From Microbotryum violaceum (taxonomy: Eukaryota), in assembly GCA_001244265.2 (NCBI GenBank), contig CDLV01000017.1, positions 62,001 through 126,000 on the forward strand: a stretch of 64,000 nt of DNA, given 5' to 3'. The notes under the pieces were generated by a model. It was given only the letters and a program-made list of their open reading frames with translations, did no database searches and was not told the origin of the DNA. The position numbers and the translations under genes are program-made. Shown one piece after another: positions 1 to 13,582 of this stretch (the stretch's first letter is position 1; every line of letters begins with the position of its first letter).

Positions 1-48
1 TGCCTCGTCTCATAAATAAAAATAAATAAAAAAATGTAGTGACAGGGA

Positions 49-3000
49 TCAGACCACACCTCTCCACCCTCTCCCTACTCTCTCCACAGCGCCCCTGACC
101 CCGTCCACCATCGTTGAGGATCTCGATCGTGCCGAAGCCGCGACAGCGAACAAGGCGACTGGAACGTCCCTCAACAATTCGTACGCGGCGAGGTACTGAT
201 TCCCGTAAACGATCGAAGCGAGCCATGTTGTTGATTGAGGGTTGAATATGAACGCTCTGGACTTGGGACTTGGCGGTGGGGGTAAGAGTCCTGCTAGGGA
301 TGCTGAGGAGAGTAGACCGATTGCTGTTGAAGAGGAGGAGACGGCTTGGGTGGAGCTTGGAGGTGACCGGACGGGTAAGTCGAGGATCAGGGGTCGGAGT
401 TCCGAGATGGCGATGAGGATCGAGTCCAGTGGTAGTCTGGTATTCATACTTCGGGTCAGACGAATTCGACATTGGTAAAAGAATGAAAGCAAGAGCAACT
501 CACCCCTCACGCCAAGAAGCGACCCATGCTTCACCAGGAACGAATCCATTCTTGCCCACGAAGGGTGCATCCTCGTCTAAATCACCAGCATCCAGCGATG
601 TCCTCCTCGACTGATCCTCCGACGCCCTCGTCGACGCCAAAGGATCCGTCTCGTTCGTACCTTCAGGTACAGATGAGTCCGTCGGTCCCAACGACAGATC
701 CGCGACCGATATCGTCTCCAACGACGCTCCTCGTTGCCTTCTCTTCCCCCTCTGCTTCTCCGACAACTCGTCCCCTTCCTCCGTCGCCCCACTCGTCGAC
801 GACGACCTCCTCCGCGTCCCAATTTCGACCATCTCCCCCTCCGTATGGGCCATCGCCGCAGCCTTTCTCAACTTCCGTTCAGCCTTGAGTCTTCTTGCTT
901 CGGCAACGCCCATCTCCAAGGTGAACTTGCTCAGTTCGTCGAATCGTTGGTGGTTCCGCAGGATGGCGTAAACGAGCTCAGGGTTATCCGATAGTTGGTG
1001 ATGTATGACGTTGTTGAACGCTTCGAGGAGATAATACACCAATCGAGGGTTACCCTCTTCCATCAACAGAAAGTTCGGTGCGGAGAAAGCCAGAAAGAGT
1101 TGCGTGAGCCGCGTCGATGCAACGGTTGAGAGTTGCTTGAAATGGGGGGATGCGTTCGTGATGGAGAGGACGAGGGTAGGGTAAAAAGGTGCGATCTTTC
1201 CTTTGGTTGTGAAGACGAGGGTATAGATCGATACGACCAAGAAGTCAGCTAATGACCCCGGTACGCCGTATTTGCTGCGCAGGGAGAGCTTCATCTCGAC
1301 GGGGGCGTTCCAACGTGTCGACAGGCCAGGCTCGGCCGAAATGGACTGCAGCATGAAGGCGGACAACCGAACGACGCCCAGTTGTGCTGCACATAGTCGC
1401 GGTAACATCAGCCAGGGCCGAATCTCGGGAAGCCAATTGACGCGACTCACTCTCATCATCCTTGTACTCAAGGCAAAATGCCATAAGCAGCACTATCAAC
1501 TGACTGCTCAGTTCCTCCTTCTCCCTGGAAACCCATTTCCACAGCTTAGGATTCAGGTCAAGCATCCTCCAAAGCACGATTAACGCGTTCGTCACGTCGG
1601 CATTGACGCTCGTCGTTTTTCTCGTCGTCGTATTGCGCCCTGTCGCCCCCGACAAGGCCCCGACGACCGTGCGCGGGATCGCCAAAGCCGATTCGTTCGT
1701 CGCTTGGTCGAGGACGTGTAACACCCCTCGGACGACGAGATCAAAGTCGCTCGTTCGATGCAATTTCGAGACGTAGTAAGCAAACGAATTGACTTCGGAT
1801 TGGCGGGCCGATTGCTCCGTTACCGGATCCGAGGATGGGATATGATGTTGAGCTAACAAGATCGAGAGCGATTGCAGACACGCTGATACGAGCAGCCCCC
1901 GAACATCTTCTGCGCCGAGCCGCATCACCGCACCTCCGATTATCCCGGCGGCCCCGCTGGCGGCACCTAGGAGAGCCGAGGCCTTGCCTTTGGAAAGGCT
2001 CTGCGGTAGCGCATCGGTTTCGTCGGTTGATGATGGGAGTCCAGCGTTGAGCGCGGTGTTGAGGATCGAGCATAGAAAACAGAGGACGACCTTGCGGTCA
2101 ATAGATGAAGACACGAAGGCTTGTCGCCATCGATTCGGCATGGTAGGGAAGAGGTGAGGTGGAGTGACGAGGGAGGGCACGGAGAGGAGGATGTTGAGCA
2201 GCCGAAGGACTTCTAGTCGAGCGGAAAGGATGGGGAGCGGGGACAGAGGGAGCGCCGAAGACGATGGATTCGCAATCCCTGCTTCCCTATGGGCGGACGT
2301 GGTTATGGTGATCGCGTCAGCGCGGCGAATCGCTCGGAGTTCGGACGATCCTTGACTCACCAAATGACGTAGGCGATCGACCCCCCTTCGGCAGCTCGAC
2401 ACTCTTCCGGCACGGTCAGACCAGGTACAAAAGCCAAGTCGACCAAAGCGGCCAAGAGCCTCTCGGCCAGTGGTGGGATTTGGAGCCATTCGGACTGCTC
2501 TGCTGGATCAGTCGCGCCGGAAGCACCATTCGCAGTGAATCTTGCCGACGTGTCGACTTCCTCCTCATCGTCGTCTTCGTCTTCCAGAACAAAGTGACCG
2601 GCTTCTCCGTCTGCTTCATCCTCGTTCACTTTCGTAGAAGCACTGCTCGTCGTCGCCGAAGCCAAAGAATTCTTTCGAACCCTGACCCTGGTCGGCTTCC
2701 AAAAGACATCGGTCTCCAAATCGGAGAGAGTTCCATCGGGTCCTGGCCGGGTCAAGTAAGGCACCACCCTAGTGAGCACCCTGACGCAGTTGATGGCCTG
2801 TCTCGCATTGTTGTCGTCGTCTCCTGAAAGTGCGGCAGTGAATCCTTCGAGCAAAGAACCTCCCCCCTGATTCGGCCTCTTGGGGAATCGGTCTTGACCG
2901 AGAAGCTCGAATAATCGGTCGCACGTGACTTCGACCAGGGTCTTGAGGTTCTCTTCCGTGGCCTTGTTCAAGGAGTTGGCATCGACGAGGGTGATGAGGT

Positions 3001-3322
3001 CCGACAACGAGTCGAAAAGAGTAAAGTACTGTGCCCAATACGCCGAGTCCGTCTTGGGAATCCGGGATGACGAGGCGAGCAAGGCGACACCGCGCCGCGG
3101 GGAGGTGCTGAACGTCAGCTTAGCGTCTTGCCCACTGTGGAGAAAGAGTCAGGTGTAAGCCTATGAACTTTGAGGGTGTTGACCTAACTCCTGACAGGTG
3201 TGTGCGGTGATGAGGTAACAAGAGGTGACCTGAGGTGGAGCGCTATGGCCGGCTCGGAGACGACGAGTTGATACAGCGTGCACTCACAACAACTTGGAGG
3301 TGAACCCAAGCTTGCCCAGCAT
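49..3322 (-). CDS. HID1: HID1/Ecm30-family (high-temperature-induced dauer formation) protein, multi-exon
   Basis: Manual splice of the 5' exon ATG 3322 (MLGKLGFTSKLF|GQDAKLTF) into ORFs 2357-3082, 1245-2489, 500-1471 and 49-570. HID1-like segments 'YWAQYF', 'NCVRVLTRVVPYL', 'YLLEAFNNVIHHQLSDNPELVYAILR', 'WVASW..RLPL'. Family recognised from memory, no search run. Confidence 0.8.
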
Positions 3323-3572
3323 GATGAGCTTTGTTGCCCTGACCCCTGCGACGGACTGGTTAGCTTTGAAACTTGACATACGAGTCGGAAGGTGAGCGCG
3401 ACGACACGCCCCCCCGCTACGTGCTCGTGGCCACAATTGCACATCACGAATCCCCGCGTGAGCTGGACCAGTCTGCTAATCGACAATTAATCGCGAAGCC
3501 TTTCCTCGCAACGGACGTTTCTCTCGATCTTACATCCCATCACGTGCGATCAACACCCCCACCACCACCACC

Positions 3573-4506
3573 ATGTTCCTCTGCATCCCCATCGTCTATG
3601 GCTGTCCATCAAAGTACGTCTGCATTGCCCGACCTGTCGCTATTACTCCACCTCCTCGCTCCCGAGTGCCACGCGTGACCGCAGTGTACGCGTGTGGCGG
3701 CCCCCACTCTGACGGGTTGATCAGCATGGCGCCGCGTGACGCGGTGTGTGGAGCTGCGCTTGCATGGCCGGCCGTTCAAGGGAAAGCCACAGTGCACGAG
3801 CTGGGATTGGAGTGGCTCACTACGCGTCCCAAGCCAGACGAGCTTGTACACAGGATCTTTACAAGATGCGAATGTGGCACTGACACTCTCAAATTTCCCC
3901 GCAGGCTGACTCAGGAGGGTCACGAGCAAATCATCTGCCCCGTACGTGTTAGCACCATGCCGAGTGACCCCTGTCCGCATCGCATCGTGGCCGTGGCTAG
4001 TGCTGAACTGCGGACTCGTACAATACAGCGCTGCCATAACTCGGGCACTCGTCAATACAAGCAAAAGAAGTGGTTCGAGGTCAGTTGAGTTGGAACATGG
4101 GAGCTGATATAATTGAGCTTGTGACTGACTTTCGTTGGGTGCTGCCCTTCCCGCGCAGCTGTGCTATGTACCCCTGTTCGTGTCCTCGCACACGTCACCT
4201 TGTCACCCCAAACCCTTCGCTCATCCCTTGACTCATCACAGAATTCCGCTCGGCTCGAAACAAGTCTACATGTGCCCGAGTCAGTTGCACCTCTTTGCGA
4301 TCAATCTCATACCTAAAGTCGCTCACTAACCTCCGGATCTCACAACCTTCGAACCAGTCTGTCAATGGCGTGCCCCTGTCGAGAACGTCAACGTCGACGA
4401 ACTATCATCTGGGAAAGGACAAACACAATATGGCGTTCCCGCAGCACCACCGACGTCGAACTCGCGTGGTTACGACGTCGCTTACTCGACACCCACGGCC
4501 AAGTAA
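3573..4506 (+). CDS. Small zinc-ribbon protein (zinc-ribbon_15-like), about 6 short exons
   Basis: Hand-spliced across GT..AG introns: MFLCIPIVYGCPSK|LTQEGHEQIICP|RCHNSGTRQYKQKKWFE|LCYVPL|IPLGSKQVYMCPI|CQWRAPVEN...PTAK* (TAA 4504-4506). Two CxxC pairs (CPRC, CPIC) flank a 'WFELCYVPLIP' motif typical of this fungal family. Confidence 0.75.
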
Positions 4507-4658
4507 CCGCGCCCGTCCATCTCGGAAGTTTAGGACCATCATGCCTCGCTATGTACATTTTGTACTGTGTATTACCCTTACATTGCATTGAAATTTCGCC
4601 ACTCGTTCCAAAGTAAAATCACACCGGTTCCTGCAGCCGCGTAAGGTAGGGCAACCCT

Positions 4659-7035
4659 TCACAATTTGCTCTTGCCCTTCTTCCTCTCCGCGTGAAGCTT
4701 GGCCACCTCGGTCCTCAAGATCTTCTTGTCCGTCTTACCTACACCGTTGCGAGGCAATTGGTCGTAAAACGCGATCATGACGGGTACGGAATGTTTAGGC
4801 AATTTCTTGGCGACAAAGTCAATCAGTTGCTGCTCGGTGACTTGGGACCGGTACTCGGCTTTAACGACCACCGCCGCGCTGAGAAATCCGAGTCTCTTCG
4901 ATGTCAGTAGAGCTCTCTGGAGACTTCAGAATCCGGACTCACACCACCGTTTCACCGAGCCTCTCATCTGGTACCCCAAATGCAGCGCAATTCATAACCT
5001 TCTCCTCCTTGAAGAGCTCATCCTCGATCGTAACGGTCGCGATGTTTTCCCCACCTCGAACGACCATGTCCTTGATACGGTCCGATATGTACAGGAAGCC
5101 GTCCTGGTCGAGGTAGCCGACGTCACCTCTATCATAGTAAACATAAGATGAGGCCCCTCCACTCGATCGATTGGACATATACATAAAGTGACTCACGTTC
5201 GATAAAACCCATCTGCGGTAAAGGCCTCCTTGGTCGCCTTCTTATTCCTCCAATACCCATTCGTCCTCCCCGGTCCGCTTATCCAAACTTCCCCCGCCTC
5301 TCCCACGGGCACCTCTTTGAGCGTGTCAGGGTTCATGATTTTGATATCCACCACGGGACAAGGCAGACCAGCCGTCTTTGGTCGAAGGAGGTAATCCTCA
5401 CCCACGACGGAAGTGGCCATGGAAGAAACCTCCGTCGCACCGTAGCCTTGTCCCGGAGCTGCGCCGATCTTGCCTACGTCTTTGGGTAAACCACCTGATG
5501 ATGGCGCTCCTCCAACACTGACGGATTCCAGCAGATGGCTTGCACCTCGTTTACGTAGGACGGCGACGACTTCAGTGGCCATGAAGGGGATCCCGCTGAC
5601 GGAGGAGATTTTCTCTTTAAGGATCAGCGAGGCAGCTTCTTCGGCGTCCCATTTGCGAATTAAAACGATCTGTAAAGGAAACCGTTTATTAGCATTCTAG
5701 GTGGCATTAAATGAGGAATCCGAGTTGAGATACCTTGGCCCCAATCGCGGTACCCAACCCAATCACACTATGGTTTCCCATCGCATGGAACATAGGCACG
5801 GCCAACAAGGTGGATTTTTGCACATCGTCTGGACTCGGCGTCGGCAACGACTCGCCTCGACGGAGAAGCATGCGGGCACCGCCATACAGCGAGTTGATGG
5901 TGTTGTGGATGTACTGGCGCGAGGTCGTCATCACCCCTTTGGGTAGGCCGGTCGTGCCTAGGTGGAATAGAATAGGAGAACCCGATTTGGAAGATTAAGC
6001 GACATCGGCTGATTACAACGGTGGACAGAGAGGACAGCTCTACAGCACCCACCCGACGTGAAATAAATTGTCGCCAACTCGTCTGCCTCGGTCTTGACCT
6101 CGGGCACCGCCAACGTCTTGTGAGCCTTGATCTCATCCGAGAAATTGAGAAACCCGAACGAAGAAGCCTTGGGATCCCTGAACGAGAGCACGAAACGAGT
6201 CCCACCGAGTTCCTCCAAACTCTTGGTCATGGGCGAAATGAGAGGTGATCGTTCAGAATCGACGAACACCACGCGAGGGGTCGTGAATGTCAGACAGTGG
6301 TGCAACGAATCGGCGGGGAGCCAGGCGTTGACGGCGACCGTTACGGCACCGATCCATTGAGTTGCCTGTTTCGACACATTCGAGTCAGACAATGGGTTTA
6401 TCGAATCTCCTGAATACCGTTCTGAGTCTACAGGAGGCAGTGGGATCGTCTACTCACCCACCACACCCAGACCCAGTCGGGCAGATTGCGAGCACAAATG
6501 GCGATGCGATCGCCCTTTCTGCACCCCAGCTGATGGTACAGATATGAAGCATAGTGCTCGACAAGCTTGTGGGCATCTTCGTACGTGTACCTTTCGTCTG
6601 AGCATCACGTCCTCAGGTTGTTTTAGCACATCAGATCGATGATCGTTTTTCGCGAATCAAAAAGCCAAGATTGCTCAAGTGCCGGCGACCCACTCGGCCG
6701 AGTACCCCGGACTCCGGCGGTCGATTGTGGGGAAGTCAGCCGGCGTGGAAGTGCAGTCCTGAGGCGACTTACTCTCGTAGATAATGTAATCCTTCTTCCC
6801 GTGGGCCTAGAGAAGGTAGGGCGTTTGAGCACCCGATCTGGTAGCTCTGAAATCCTTCAATACTGACCTTGCAAATCATCCACAAGCTCCTCGTCGTTGG
6901 AGGCGCATGCTTGTAGATCCTCGTCGGCACGCCCTTGATCTCGACCGTGGACATCTCCCAGGGCATTCCGGGGGACGTCAAGATCTGGTTCACCTCTTGG
7001 AACGACCTGGCGGGAAAGTTGGCAGGGATCGACAT
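4659..7035 (-). CDS. AMP-binding acyl-CoA synthetase, peroxisomal (PTS1 -SKL)
   Basis: ANL-superfamily motifs across exons: YFTSG|TTGLPKG, GYGATE, GFYRT|GDVGYLD, DRIKDMVVRGGENI, LPRNGVGK. The C-terminus is KGKSKL*. Confidence 0.88.
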
Positions 7036-7118
7036 CGTGTTGCTCGGATGGGATGCGTGAGTGGGTGTGGAGGGTGTGTAGATGGGCCAGTGGGACGAAA
7101 GAGAACGGAGTCGTCCAA

Positions 7119-7159
7119 TGCCGAGCGCGGTGCCGAGCGCGGTGCCGAGCGCGGTGCCG
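7119..7159. repeat. Tandem 12-mer (TGCCGAGCGCGG)x3.4 in the promoter of the acyl-CoA synthetase
   Basis: Direct reading: units at 7119, 7131 and 7143 plus a partial unit. Confidence 0.9.
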
Positions 7160-7899
7160 GGCCGAGTGTGATGCCGGCCGAGTCTCCCTCCGGTAAGTTC
7201 TGGTCGAAAAGATCAGCGTCGCCGTCAGACACACTGCACCTCAATTGGAAGATTTAACGTGATGGAGTTCCAAAAACTCTGGCACGTCGAATCTGTGCAA
7301 ATTGGCTTTCGCTCTCGGTCGGAGCACTTCAGCCGAGTTTTGCCGGAGTTCAGTATCAGTCCCACCCAATTGACTTGAATGGGGTCCGGAATTTCGATCT
7401 CGACGTGGTCGACGACTTTGGTGTGGTGGGCCTACCTGGGAATCGTGTGAGATTGCTTCCCGGTCTCGGTCTCGATCAAGTGTCGCAAAAATTCTGGTAT
7501 TCGTTAGCGAGCGTTCGCCAGTGCGTCAGTATCGGCGGCGCGGCACCATTTAGGAGAGACCCCTCTTTTCCTTTGCCATCGTCTCTTACTGCCATCGGTG
7601 CTCCAATAAACAGCTTTCAGTACGAGCTGGGAATTTGAGGCCAGCCAAATCAATACTATTGCACCACCCCGGCCGCCATTGACTCATCATCGGCTCCACC
7701 TTATTAGCCCTATTCGACGCGTTCCTCCGAGTCGTTCGAGCCACACGGACGTGTCCTCGCCTGTCTCGTATTGGCTGACGCACGCGTCGCTCTTCGCCCG
7801 TCTCGATCTTCAACTCTGCGACGTCTTTCGGCGATTCGGTCGCACAGCACAGCCGTGTCGCACGAGCTTCGGGTTCATACCCTTGGATCCTCATCTACC

Positions 7900-10800
7900 A
7901 TGGATTATCGCAAGCGGTAAGCCACATCTTTACAAGGGCGTGCCATTGCCTTGAAAGCGCACGTTATTCACCCGGGTGGGACTTCCTCCGGCAGACTGGC
8001 GCGCTTCCATCAACTACTGCACCCGGCCAATACGGACAACATCGACGAGCACAAGCGTTCAGCTCGTCAGGAACTCACCGAGTTGAGCTTAGGAAGTGAG
8101 TCTCATACGGAGGTCATACTCGTCTGGCGCGCCGTAGATGGACAAGGGTCTTGGCTCGCACCGCTATCGCCGACAGTCTAAGCTTGGCTTCCACATCATC
8201 GACATACAGAAGCTAATACGCTTCATCTCGTCTTATAGGTATTCCGGACGAATACAGGCCCGCGACGTATCGCATCCTGCTCAATCTATCGCCGGCTTCA
8301 GTCTCGGCCGACCACTACCTCGCCTTCGTGGAGGAGATATCCAAACGAGTGGCATCGGAAGTACCACCCTCGGTCGACGAGAAACCTTCCAAGACGGACA
8401 AGCTGTTGCGCGAGATTCAAAGGGACGTCGAAAGGACTTTGACGCCGCTGGCTTGGTTCGGGGCACCCCTTTCGACCGGCGACGAGGACCAGGATGAGGA
8501 TTCGCTCTGGAAGCGAATAGCGCTGCTCGATGCGGTCGACACAGAAAAGTCGAAGAATTTGAGCGCAACAACACGCAGTACGGAGGTTGTTGCGGCAGAT
8601 TCGAAGACTAAATCGGATCAGGCCTCATCGACTCGGCTAAAGACTCGAAGAGCGGCCCTCTTGCGTCCCCTCTTCATCTACGCGACCCTCAATCCGGGAC
8701 TTTCCTACGTGCAAGGGATGAACTCGTTGCTCGCCGTTTTCTACTGGATCTTTTCTTCCGATCCAGAAACCACACCGATTGAAGCCGAAGCCGCCGCCTT
8801 CTTTGCCCTCGGCGCGATCTTCTCCCAGCTTCGCGATCTCTACGTGCCCTCACTCGACGGAACTCCCGTGACGTCCTCGTCCTCATCTATTTCCCTGAGA
8901 GGAAGTGCACCCACAGGACTGGGCGCGACGTTGGCGAGGTTTACGAGTCTGCTCACTTGGCTCGATCCGACGGTCGCGATGGCGCTCGAGCACAAGAATG
9001 TCGATCCTTCGCTCTACGTCTTCAGGTGGCTGACGACTTGGTTCGCGAATGATGTGAGTTTTCTTTGTAAAATTGTGTATGAACTGTTTCCTTGTAGGTT
9101 CTAACTTCCTCTCATTCTTTATCAGTTCCAACTGCCCGATCTTGTCCGGATATGGGATCGAGTTATCGCGCTGTACCCAGCTGAAGACGAGGTCCAGCCC
9201 GTCGAAGCCCTGTCTCCGGTGCTTGGACACCTCATCGACCTCTCGCTAGCCATGGTTCTCTTTGAACGTCCGACCGTCGTTTCACCTTATGCCGACTTTC
9301 AGAAGGTCATCATGGTGCTTCAAGACCCTCAAATTGGAGGCGAGGATGTCGAGAAGTTGTTGGCTACAGCCTGGGAGATCAGGCAACGTCGGATAGGCAA
9401 GGTCTCGAACCGCGTCGCCCTCTCGCCCGTGTCCGAGCCCACGAGCTCCACCTCCTCACCAACAACGACGACAAATTGGAGATCGGCGGCGAACAAATGG
9501 GCTTCGGCCGCGAGTGCGGCCGCATCGACTGCCTCAGCCAGTCCGGCAGCCAATTCGATCCGACAACGCTTCTTCTCGGCACCAAGTGCCCCTGCGATGC
9601 CTTCTCCCCGTAGGCCGAATTTGAATCACGCTTCAGAGTACGATCTCGATGATGGTGCCTCGGTCGCGGACAGTGAGGCTTCGCTTAGCAGTATCCCTCC
9701 ACCTCTATTCGCGTCGAAAGGTCAACATGTCCGTGTCGCAACATCACACCTGAGGCCGACTCCGGCACCTGTAGCTATTCACGAAGAAGTCTTGACCGTT
9801 GACGGACGAGTCTTACCCCCACCGCCGGACCGCATTGACCAAAACCCCTCGCTGGCTCAACTGATCGAGGATGAACTCCCACGGTCCATTCGGGATCCCT
9901 ATGACAGCGATGAGGAAGACGACTACAGCGTCGACGATTCAACCGACGGTCCTACACTCGCTGAACGAGCAGCCAACAGTTGGGGGACGTGGAAGAATCG
10001 ATTTGCTGCCAGTGACACCGCTGCTTCATTGAGCAAGCAGGCGACAAACCTCTCGATCGCAGCGCAGGTCCAGGCAGCGAATCTGCGGCAATCGACCGTA
10101 AATCTTGGGTCTTCCGACTCGTACGCTGCCTTGAGCAAGACGACGACGAACCTGTCGGCGCAGGCTGCTTTGCTGAAGGAGCAGATTACGACGACGGATC
10201 GGTTATCCAAGTTGAAAGAAACGGTTACGGGAGCGAGCGGGAGATTCATGGCTTCGACGGGATCGGAGCGAAGCCCTAGGCGGCCTGGGTCGCCGATGGA
10301 AACACCTTTCACACCACCGAGGTTTCCGTCGGACGAAAGAGGCTCGTTTGCTGCTCCTGCGTCGCCAACTTCATCCGAAATGGGTCGAGGGGTAAGTGGA
10401 GGTGGCAGCGGGGGTCCCAAGCCTCTGTTGCTGAGCGGAGCCGCTCGACGAGCCGCTGGTGACTCGGCCACTTCACCGTCACCGCCTGCTGGCTCACGAA
10501 GGAATTCCATCATTTTTGGGCGATCGCCCTCGACGTCACCTGTGCTCAATCGGTCGCCTCGCATGGGGTCGTCAGATATTCAGTCGGACGGACCTATGCT
10601 CGGATTGGCTCAATCCAATTCGCGCAACACCTCAGCTCTACACGGTCGGACAGCGTCGTATAAACCTCCCTTGAGCACTTCCATTGCTCCTTCCTCTGAG
10701 GTGACGCATGACGACCAGCCGATCTCATCACTCCGAATCTCGGGTGTGGCTCGACGACCGTCCTTCCCCGAGGGCCAACTTTCATCGACCTCGACCGTAT

Positions 10801-11582
10801 CCTCCAAGCGAGCCGAAAACGGTCGAGGCTGGACCCTGACCGATGCACCCGTTAATCCAGCCCTTTCTATATCGAGCCAGTCTTCGCAAGATCGACTCGC
10901 TCCTCCGCCCGGCTCGAGGCGCGACGATGCTTCGAGCGATGCTGGATCGGACGAATCCTTCCATTCCGTTCAAACACCAAGCAACGTTGCGACGCCTCTT
11001 GAATCGCCCGAACTCTCGACGAGAGGGCCATCGGAGGACGTTCGCAACATGTTCGCCGCTTCAGACGTCGCCGCTATCGCTGCACCACCTCGAAGATCCT
11101 CGTTGGCGGATAGATCGGCCTCACCACCGCCTAGAGGATCGTCCTTGATGTCGAGTCGATCAAATGAGCCCTTGCAGACGACGGGGCTGTCTTCGATCAT
11201 CACCGAAGAACCCTTTCAACCTCCTTCATCCCCTTCCCAACCCCGTTCCCCAGAACCCGATCTCGACACCCCTCTATCGCCGACAAACGATCTCGAAGCC
11301 TCGGCCTCGCGAAGCAAGATTGTTCGTCGACCGGTCATTTCAAAACGTCGAGCCTCGGCACGCATGTCGGCCATGTCGAACCCGACCTCAGAGTTGTCAA
11401 CCGAGGACCGAAAAGCCGTGTCTGCGTTTTTGGCGGGGGAGACGGATGCTATTGGGGACTTGTCGAGGAATAGGAGTCGGTCGAGTGCGACGAGTAGGAA
11501 AAGTCGTGCCAAGAGGGAAAGTGCGGCAAGTGGGTGGAGCGAAGGGGATATCTTGGATGCGTATAGAGAAGATAGGGACTAG
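7900..11582 (+). CDS. TBC-domain Rab GTPase-activating protein (TBC1D13-like) with a long Ser/Pro-rich tail
   Basis: Arg finger 'EIQRDVERT', Gln finger 'YVQGMN', 'FRWLTTWFA', 'RIWD'. Putative ATG at 7900 followed by a GTAAG donor; the last exon lies in ORF 9219-11582. Confidence 0.85.
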
Positions 11583-11715
11583 GACCTCGTCGGGGTGCTT
11601 GTTTATGAGCTCTTGTGGTATACTTTGCTTCGTGTTGCAGAATCAGTGAATACCTTCAGCACATAGATGTACGTCCAGTATGTGGTAGGATGATTGAATA
11701 AGATTACATACAACA

Positions 11716-12863
11716 CTAGCTCGTTCCGATGGCATTGTCTCCGTTCCTCAACTGTCCTATCGGCGGTTTGTTCTCTCGTTCAAGATCAGTATCTGTATCC
11801 GAGTCTTTTTGGTCCAGTTCATCGAATAAAACGGATCGTACACCCCTCCAAACTCTTTCCAATTGAGGCAATCTCGGCATCAACTCCTACTCGGGGAAGA
11901 AGATCCGATCCGCAGAAAGCTCAGCTCCGAACAGGCTTTTCAACACCGAGGCGCTTTCTCGCATGCTCGCATGCTCACCTCATAAGCGATAATCAACTTT
12001 CCATCGTCGGTATCGACTTTCGGTTTCTGAATCACGACCAAGACGTAGCGAATCCCCCATCCGTAAATGACCTCGTTGAGGGTGATGTCCTGGATGTCGC
12101 TCAAGGGGAGGAAGACATTCGAGCCCGATCGAAGGAGGGTGAAGGTCGATGATGAGAAGGGGAAGCGGATAATGAGACCTCTTGATGTGGTAAGTTGGAG
12201 ACCTAGGGATCCGACGGCTAGGAGGGATTCTGGGGGGGGGGGTGAAGGCGGGCGCACGGTCAGGGGTCATGTGGGGTCAGGAGATGTACACTGTCAATGA
12301 GGCTGGACGCTGATGACGAAGGCGCAACATTGTCATCTAGTGGATCCGGGTAATGATCCGAATGGATGAAAAGTCGCATGGGGTCTTTGTGTTGAGAGCT
12401 GGCACAGCAACTGAAGGCGTAGCCTCTGGCTTGATGGCAGCAAAGCTGATCACAAAGCCGACGTGTACCCTCGTCCTACCTGTACTGTCGACGCTCACAA
12501 TCCCTTCCGTGCATCTTCAAGCATCCTTCCATAGACGTTCCAGCTATAGGAGAAGTAGGAAACTGCGCTGGGGCGTGTACTCACCAGAAGTGACCGTGCC
12601 AGACTTGAGCTTAATCCAACCCCCTGCCAGCAACAACCCCATCCACGTAAAGTAGCCCTGTGTAACGTGTTCCGTATCTGGTCAAACTCTGCACCAACTT
12701 TTCAGAATGAAGCAGGACCACTCACAGACCGCAGCAACAGCCACGCGATCACGCTCCACGCGAGCGCGTCCGCCCACGGCGACCCGTTCGCGTCCGAGTG
12801 CACGATGTACGACTTTTGAATCAACGAATGGTCGACGATCTCCGACCGACTCGTTCGTCCCAT
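11716..12863 (-). CDS. GPI15: GPI-GlcNAc transferase subunit PIG-H/Gpi15
   Basis: Hand-spliced 4 exons: MGRTSRS...WSVIAWLLLRS|GYFTWMGLLLAGGWIKLKSGTVTS|ESLLAVGSLGLQLTT..LPLSDIQDITLNEVIYGW..|ELMPRLPQLERVWRGVRSVLF..*. Matches the PIG-H consensus (ESLL..GLQ, IQDI.INE, LLPR..LE.VWRG). Confidence 0.8.
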
Positions 12864-13556
12864 CGTGAGAAAGATGGCCGCGGGGACGGTAGGGAGGAAG
12901 GGCGGACCTGCGTCAGACTGGAAGTCGACAGTGTTTTAACCGCCGCCGCTCGGATAACTCAACGACGGTCTCCTCTGGAATCCTTTGTACGGTCATTATC
13001 CAAGCCTTTCTGGATCTCCGGTAGTCATCACATGCCATGCAAGGGGAGATTCTTCTATCAATCGTCATCTGCAACAGGTCCTATGGTCCCAAGCGGTGTA
13101 TGTGCGAGAACAGCCCTCCCAAGAATTAAAATCAACCGACGTCCTCGTAAGGCCAATGCAGCCCAGACTAGTACGCTCGAACAAAACACACCAAAAAAAC
13201 AAATACCCACACATACCCACTTTAAACATGAGACATCTTCTTGAGCCCCAAAGACACGACCATAACCTAAGCTGCCAACCCCCAGCAATTGCACCAAGCC
13301 TAACTGCAGTGGAACTGGAACTGGAATTCGAACGCCAGCGCTCTTCGCCTGAGCCCCGTATTATCGGATGGCAGATGCCGCGCAAACCCTGGGCCCAACT
13401 TCACAAACTTCAAACATGCAGTCTGTGACACGGAACATCTAAAGACGGAAACCGGACGCTCACATTATCCTTTCCAATGCTCAGGAAGCTATAACAATAC
13501 GCTGACCGGAAGCTTTGGACCTGGCACTGCAGAGCCGACCCACCCACTGCCACTAG

Positions 13557-13582
13557 CGTCACGTGATAAAACGTCACGTGAT
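13557..13582. promoter_or_regulatory. Tandem pair of CGTCACGTGAT (extended E-box, bHLH site)
   Basis: Two identical 11-mers 15 bp apart. TCACGTGA is the Cbf1/bHLH-type consensus. Target gene unknown. Confidence 0.35.

Noticed and set aside
12301-12424. TGATGA...CTGA flanked by a possible stem (C/D snoRNA-like) in the long PIG-H intron
   Set aside because: It is antisense to the host intron, the box/stem geometry is non-canonical, and I recognise no rRNA-complementary guide.
12912-13035. Minus-strand GTGATGA...CTGA (C/D box-like) just upstream of PIG-H
   Set aside because: Weak terminal stem and no identifiable guide target; more likely promoter or 5' UTR sequence.
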